64,000 bases of DNA from Candidatus Brocadiia bacterium (GTDB lineage Bacteria > Planctomycetota > Brocadiia > SM23-32), in assembly GCA_046538485.1 (NCBI GenBank), contig JBKHIT010000018.1, forward strand, positions 17,166 to 81,165. The letters run 5' to 3'. Positions 60,370-64,000 of this stretch are shown here, piece after piece. The notes under the pieces were generated by a model. That model had not been told where the DNA came from and searched no databases. It was given only the letters and a program-made list of their open reading frames with translations. Position 1 is the stretch's first letter; the number at the start of each line of letters is the position of its first letter. Both the position numbers and the translations under genes were made by a program.

Positions 60370-61167
60370 TCACTCTTTCTCGAAGCCGAGGTGGGCGAGC
60401 CATTCGATTTCGGCATCGGCGAAATCAGCTTCTCCGAACTCCTCGGTGTATTCGTAGCTCAGGTACGCAAAAAACGGGGAAATGCCCATCAGGTCCAGAA
60501 AAGTTTCCAGCGTATCTTCGGCAAAGACCGCCTGGGTTCCCAGAATATCGAGAAGTTCTTCTTCCTCCGCGTCTTCCGGCAATATCGGCCGGAGATTCGC
60601 CACGCGATCCTGCAAGAAAGCATTGTCCTGGCGGCTTCCGCGACCCGTTTCTGGAACTTCGTTCTCGGGCTCTTCCTCACGTACCCCCCGCATCTCAGGG
60701 GCAACCTTTTCGGTCGACATATCATAGACCCCTCCGGAGCTGTCGTCATCGGCGGACATCGCTGCGAGCGAATCGCGCCAGTCTTCGGACTCCTTCCGGG
60801 ACATTGAATCGAGGGCATCCATGGAATCAAACTCGTCACGTTGCTCTCCCCGGGCCAAAAGACAGTACTGCCAGCTATCGCTGTCATTTACACCACAGGT
60901 CAGAGCATAGGTTCCCAGCTGACTCGAAAGATGGGTAGCAAGCTCTTTGCTATCCATCAGGTCCGAGTCGAGAATACCGACCCATCCGTTGCTTGGTTTC
61001 GCGATGCGGAACGCACGCAAATGGGACTGCCAATCCTGGACGTCCCCCTCGGCAGGCAGGTTCTCGGTCGGGCGATAGCCCGCTTTTTCCATGAGGCCCT
61101 CAATGGCCCCGACGACTTTCGATCCGTCCGATATCATAACGTGCGTGCTGTTCGCGAAACTACCCAT
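60370..61167 (-). CDS. Hypothetical acidic protein
   Basis: Long ORF with AAGGAG RBS; no family recognised with confidence. Confidence 0.65.
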   Translation of the reverse strand: MGSFANSTHVMISDGSKVVGAIEGLMEKAGYRPTENLPAEGDVQDWQSHLRAFRIAKPSNGWVGILDSDLMDSKELATHLSSQLGTYALTCGVNDSDSWQYCLLARGEQRDEFDSMDALDSMSRKESEDWRDSLAAMSADDDSSGGVYDMSTEKVAPEMRGVREEEPENEVPETGRGSRQDNAFLQDRVANLRPILPEDAEEEELLDILGTQAVFAEDTLETFLDLMGISPFFAYLSYEYTEEFGEADFADAEIEWLAHLGFEKE

Positions 61168-61481
61168 TGGCTCGCTTCTCCTTCGGGCGAAGAACGATGA
61201 TGCATAGAGCGATACGAGAACTCCAGGACCCATTATAGTTATACCATCCGAGCCATCAGTTGGCCAGCCAAACCGGCGTTGGCTACTCGGGAAGGAACAT
61301 GTTTTTTTTCAAATCCTCACGGATTCTCCTGGCTCGGCGGAGCTGTACCTTTTCTCCACTCAACCCTTGCCCCCAAAAAAGCTACCACCGCACCCTGGGT
61401 TTACGCTGGCGCGCTTGCTGCGTGACAGTCGCGACGTTGCGCACCCTGTCCCGTTCCGCATCCCCTGGTGGCCGACATCGG

Positions 61482-61843
61482 GGCGGACTGGACTTCAGAA
61501 CCGCTCCCGCGGGGCTCGAGTTCAGAACGCGGGCCTACGGCTACCTCGCATTTCCCAACGTTTGTGCGCCTCAAGTCCAGTTTCGCCCGCTCAGTACCGG
61601 GCTCAGCTGAACTCGAGTCTCCCGGCTACACGGTCGAGAAGCGGGGTTGCAGGCTTGCAGAATGATTGACACCAGACATGAGGTTTATATTACAACAACC
61701 TTTAAAGACGTTTCCGGAGGGAAGCTGAGGAATTTGCACCCATTGGGATGGGAACAGGCAGCACGATTTTCGGGAAACGTCCGGCTATCAGCACCCGCAG
61801 GGGCCCACACTGCAAATTCCTCGGCGAAAAAACTCTTGACAAG
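61482..61843. repeat. ~360-bp structured dispersed repeat, copy B
   Basis: Colinear with 28745-29168; internal pairs GGGCGGACTGGACTT/AAGTCCAGTTTCGCCC and CTCGAGTTCAG/CTGAACTCGAG. Confidence 0.85.
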
Positions 61844-61864
61844 CCCGAATGCTGGAGGTATGAT
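61836..61864 (+). promoter_or_regulatory. sigma70 promoter of the LacI-prepilin locus
   Basis: TTGACA-N17-TATGAT. Confidence 0.7.
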
Positions 61865-61871
61865 AACACTT

Positions 61872-61885
61872 CGGAAACGTTTCCG
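61872..61885. promoter_or_regulatory. LacI-family operator
   Basis: Perfect 14-bp palindrome CGGAAACGTTTCCG with central CG, at the predicted transcription start of a LacI gene. Confidence 0.7.
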
Positions 61886-61918
61886 CAACACTTCCGCACT
61901 TCCACAACCTGGAATCTT

Positions 61919-62941
61919 ATGGCAAACAAAACAACCATTGGTGACGTCGCCCAGGAAGCCGAGGTCAGTATCAGCACCGTATCACGCGTTCTCAACGGCC
62001 ACGGCGCCAGCGCCGAAACACGAAACCGCGTCATGGCTGCCGCCGAACAGCTCGATTACCGCCCCAACATGTATGCACGCGGTATCCGATCCTCACGCAA
62101 AAACTGTATGGGCATTCTGGTTGAAGCCAGCGTCGGCGAAGATGACCCCTGGCTGGAACGAATCGTCCTCTCTATGGCCGGGACCCTTTCGGAAGCCGAT
62201 TACGGATGCATGCTCGATTTTTGGAAAAAAGGAAGCGACGATCTGCCTCGGGTATTCGACAGGGTGGACGGTTGCATGCTACTGGGGAATTTTCCCGACA
62301 GTTTTTTCGAACGGCTGGATCGCCACTGCGATACCCCCCTTGTAACCTATGACGAAAAAATGCCCTACAGCCACGGCGTCAGCCTGTCAGTGAATTGGGC
62401 TGAAGGTATGCACCAGGCCGTCCAGTATCTGCTGGCCCTCAATCACCGCCAGATCGGCCTCGTTGTCGCCGGAACGCAGTACCCGTCTCTGAGGGCCCGA
62501 CGCGACGGGTACACGGAAGCCCTCCCCCATTTCGGTCGGTCGGTCGACGAAAGCCTGATTGCCACCAGCGAAACAATGGAAGACGGCGGTTTTCACACGG
62601 CCCGCAAACTGACCCACGAACTGCTGGAACGGCGCCCCGAGATCACCGCTATCGTTTACGGTTCCGACCGAATGGCGTTCGGAGGGCTGGAAGCCATCAA
62701 AGCCTCCGGCCGCAAAATACCGGAAGATATCAGCGTGATCGGATTCGATGATACCAACTGCGGGCGTTCGATGATTCCGCCTCTGACAACGGTGGGAGTA
62801 GACTACAAGAAACTGTCTCTTGTTATGCTTGAGTGCCTGGAAGTCCTATCCGGGGAGCGACGCGTCATGCCGGACGGAGAGATCATCCCACAGCTCATAA
62901 AAAGACGAACCGTCGCACCATGTGAAAACGGCGCAACCTGA
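61919..62941 (+). CDS. LacI-family transcriptional regulator
   Basis: TIGDVAQEAEVSISTVSRVLNG, YRPNMYAR, IPEDISVIGFDD, PPLTTV. Confidence 0.95.
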   Translation: MANKTTIGDVAQEAEVSISTVSRVLNGHGASAETRNRVMAAAEQLDYRPNMYARGIRSSRKNCMGILVEASVGEDDPWLERIVLSMAGTLSEADYGCMLDFWKKGSDDLPRVFDRVDGCMLLGNFPDSFFERLDRHCDTPLVTYDEKMPYSHGVSLSVNWAEGMHQAVQYLLALNHRQIGLVVAGTQYPSLRARRDGYTEALPHFGRSVDESLIATSETMEDGGFHTARKLTHELLERRPEITAIVYGSDRMAFGGLEAIKASGRKIPEDISVIGFDDTNCGRSMIPPLTTVGVDYKKLSLVMLECLEVLSGERRVMPDGEIIPQLIKRRTVAPCENGAT

Positions 62942-62995
62942 AAACGCCGAATACGAACCGGTCGTTCCTCCGGCATTTATATGGGAGGTGAAAAA

Positions 62996-63847
62996 ATGAA
63001 AAAGGCATTTACCCTGATCGAATTGCTTGTCGTCATTGCCATCATCGCGATTCTCGCCGCAATGCTCATGCCGGCCCTCGAAAGCGTCCGACAGGCGGCT
63101 TACGAAGTGCAGTGTATGTCCAACCTCCGCCAGATAGGCATGGCCCACCACCTCTATTCCAACGACTACGACGGGTGGATAGCATGGTATGTCGTGGGAA
63201 AAAATGATGACTTCAGAGCGGCCAGAGACTTGGTCGAATATGGCTACCTCGGGGGCAAACCAATGTCCAGTATCGCCCCGCAGATTGATGAAGCACGGGA
63301 TTCCGTCTGGGACGACCCGGCAAAAGAAAAAGGCTATCTCGGAGTCGCAGGAAGCACCTACGGGTCTTGTAATTACACTTTTGCCTATAACATGGAAGCT
63401 GATCCCCGCAAATACGTCGGCTATGACTACCAATATGACGCCAGTGGTGATCCAGTTCCGCCGTATATCGCACTCGGTATGCTTGTTGACAAGGATCTGC
63501 CAATCGCCGGTTGGGGTGTCTACTATGACTCATCGAACCCCCAAAAAGGGCCTTTTCAGAGGACGATCTGGACCTGCAACACGGTGGGCCGTCGATACAG
63601 ACCCGTCGGCCGACACGAAGGACGCGGCGATTTTCAATACTGGCCCCATCCCGGGCATAAGCCCGGCGGCAGCGCAAATTACCTCTACAAAACCGGTGAC
63701 GTCCAGAGCGTACGCCCCCCCGAACCATGGTTTCCTTTCGCACCGTGGTCCGGAACGGAGTTCGGCACAATGTCCAAATGGAGCCCGGACCACTGGAGAG
63801 TCAACGTTATCGAAAAAAACCCGCGCTGGCGGCCGGGGAGCTGGTAA
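62996..63847 (+). CDS. Prepilin-type N-terminal cleavage/methylation protein (DUF1559-like)
   Basis: [25 protein letters not shown]...[10 protein letters not shown]-terminal H-X9-DG-like variant ([10 protein letters not shown]); GGAGGT RBS. Confidence 0.9.
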   Translation: MKKAFTLIELLVVIAIIAILAAMLMPALESVRQAAYEVQCMSNLRQIGMAHHLYSNDYDGWIAWYVVGKNDDFRAARDLVEYGYLGGKPMSSIAPQIDEARDSVWDDPAKEKGYLGVAGSTYGSCNYTFAYNMEADPRKYVGYDYQYDASGDPVPPYIALGMLVDKDLPIAGWGVYYDSSNPQKGPFQRTIWTCNTVGRRYRPVGRHEGRGDFQYWPHPGHKPGGSANYLYKTGDVQSVRPPEPWFPFAPWSGTEFGTMSKWSPDHWRVNVIEKNPRWRPGSW

Positions 63848-63888
63848 ATCCTGACTTTTGACGCGGCATTTTTACAAAAGGTGCCAAC

Positions 63889-63952
63889 ATGAAAAGAAAA
63901 AAATATAGCTCGGAGACCACGGCAAGGCAGAAAGGATTCACTTTAATCGAAC
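63889..63952 (+). CDS. 5' exon/fragment of a third prepilin-type gene (MKRKKYSSETTARQKGFTLIE...), interrupted
   Basis: Manual translation; GFTLIE is followed by RVPS-stop instead of LLVV. Confidence 0.75.
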
Positions 63953-64000
63953 GTGTGCCCAGTTAAGGCTGGGTAAACTTGTTGGGTGTAAGTCCCAATC
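63953..64000 (+). mobile_element. Probable group II intron 5' end (truncated by the window)
   Basis: Begins GTGTG (GUGYG consensus) exactly where prepilin homology breaks; hairpins GCCCAG/CTGGGT and TTGGG-TGTAAGT-CCCAA resemble the start of domain I. Confidence 0.65.

Noticed and set aside
1..64000. CRISPR arrays, tRNA/rRNA genes, transposases, integrases
   Set aside because: None recognised by eye; small RNAs could have been missed without covariance searches.

Overview
Bacterial chromosomal window, most likely from a PVC-superphylum organism, probably Planctomycetota. This is inferred from the FTLIELL/H-X9-DG-type prepilin genes, a kinase-WD40 gene and PVC-type REPs. In order, the window holds: (1) the start of a V/A-type ATPase operon led by a PTS EIIA gene; (2) a ~22 kb type II FAS/PKS-like lipid cluster (4.6-26.5 kb) with 3 ACPs, 2 KS/CLF-like pairs, 3 radical SAM enzymes (two B12-binding, one SPASM-hotdog fusion), PaaK-like and AMP ligases, MMPL/LolA export and a condensation-like protein, interrupted by an inverted prepilin gene between 116-bp direct repeats; (3) tsaB and a universal stress protein; (4) four TadG-like pilin genes, two of them vWA adhesins sharing 1493 bp with one mismatch; (5) EtfBA plus a FAD lactate-dehydrogenase-like gene; (6) an MrfB/MrfA-like exonuclease-helicase pair; (7) a broken kinase-WD40 gene, a TerB protein and mgtE; (8) a MoxR/DUF58/SpoIIM/RDD cluster; (9) a LacI-led prepilin locus. 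The most striking signals are a probable group II intron 5' end inserted exactly inside the conserved FTLIE|L coding motif of a prepilin gene at the window edge, and a ~400-bp structured dispersed repeat whose right end supplies a TTGACA promoter box in both copies. No tRNA, rRNA or CRISPR array was seen. All calls come from reading motifs by eye; no searches were run.
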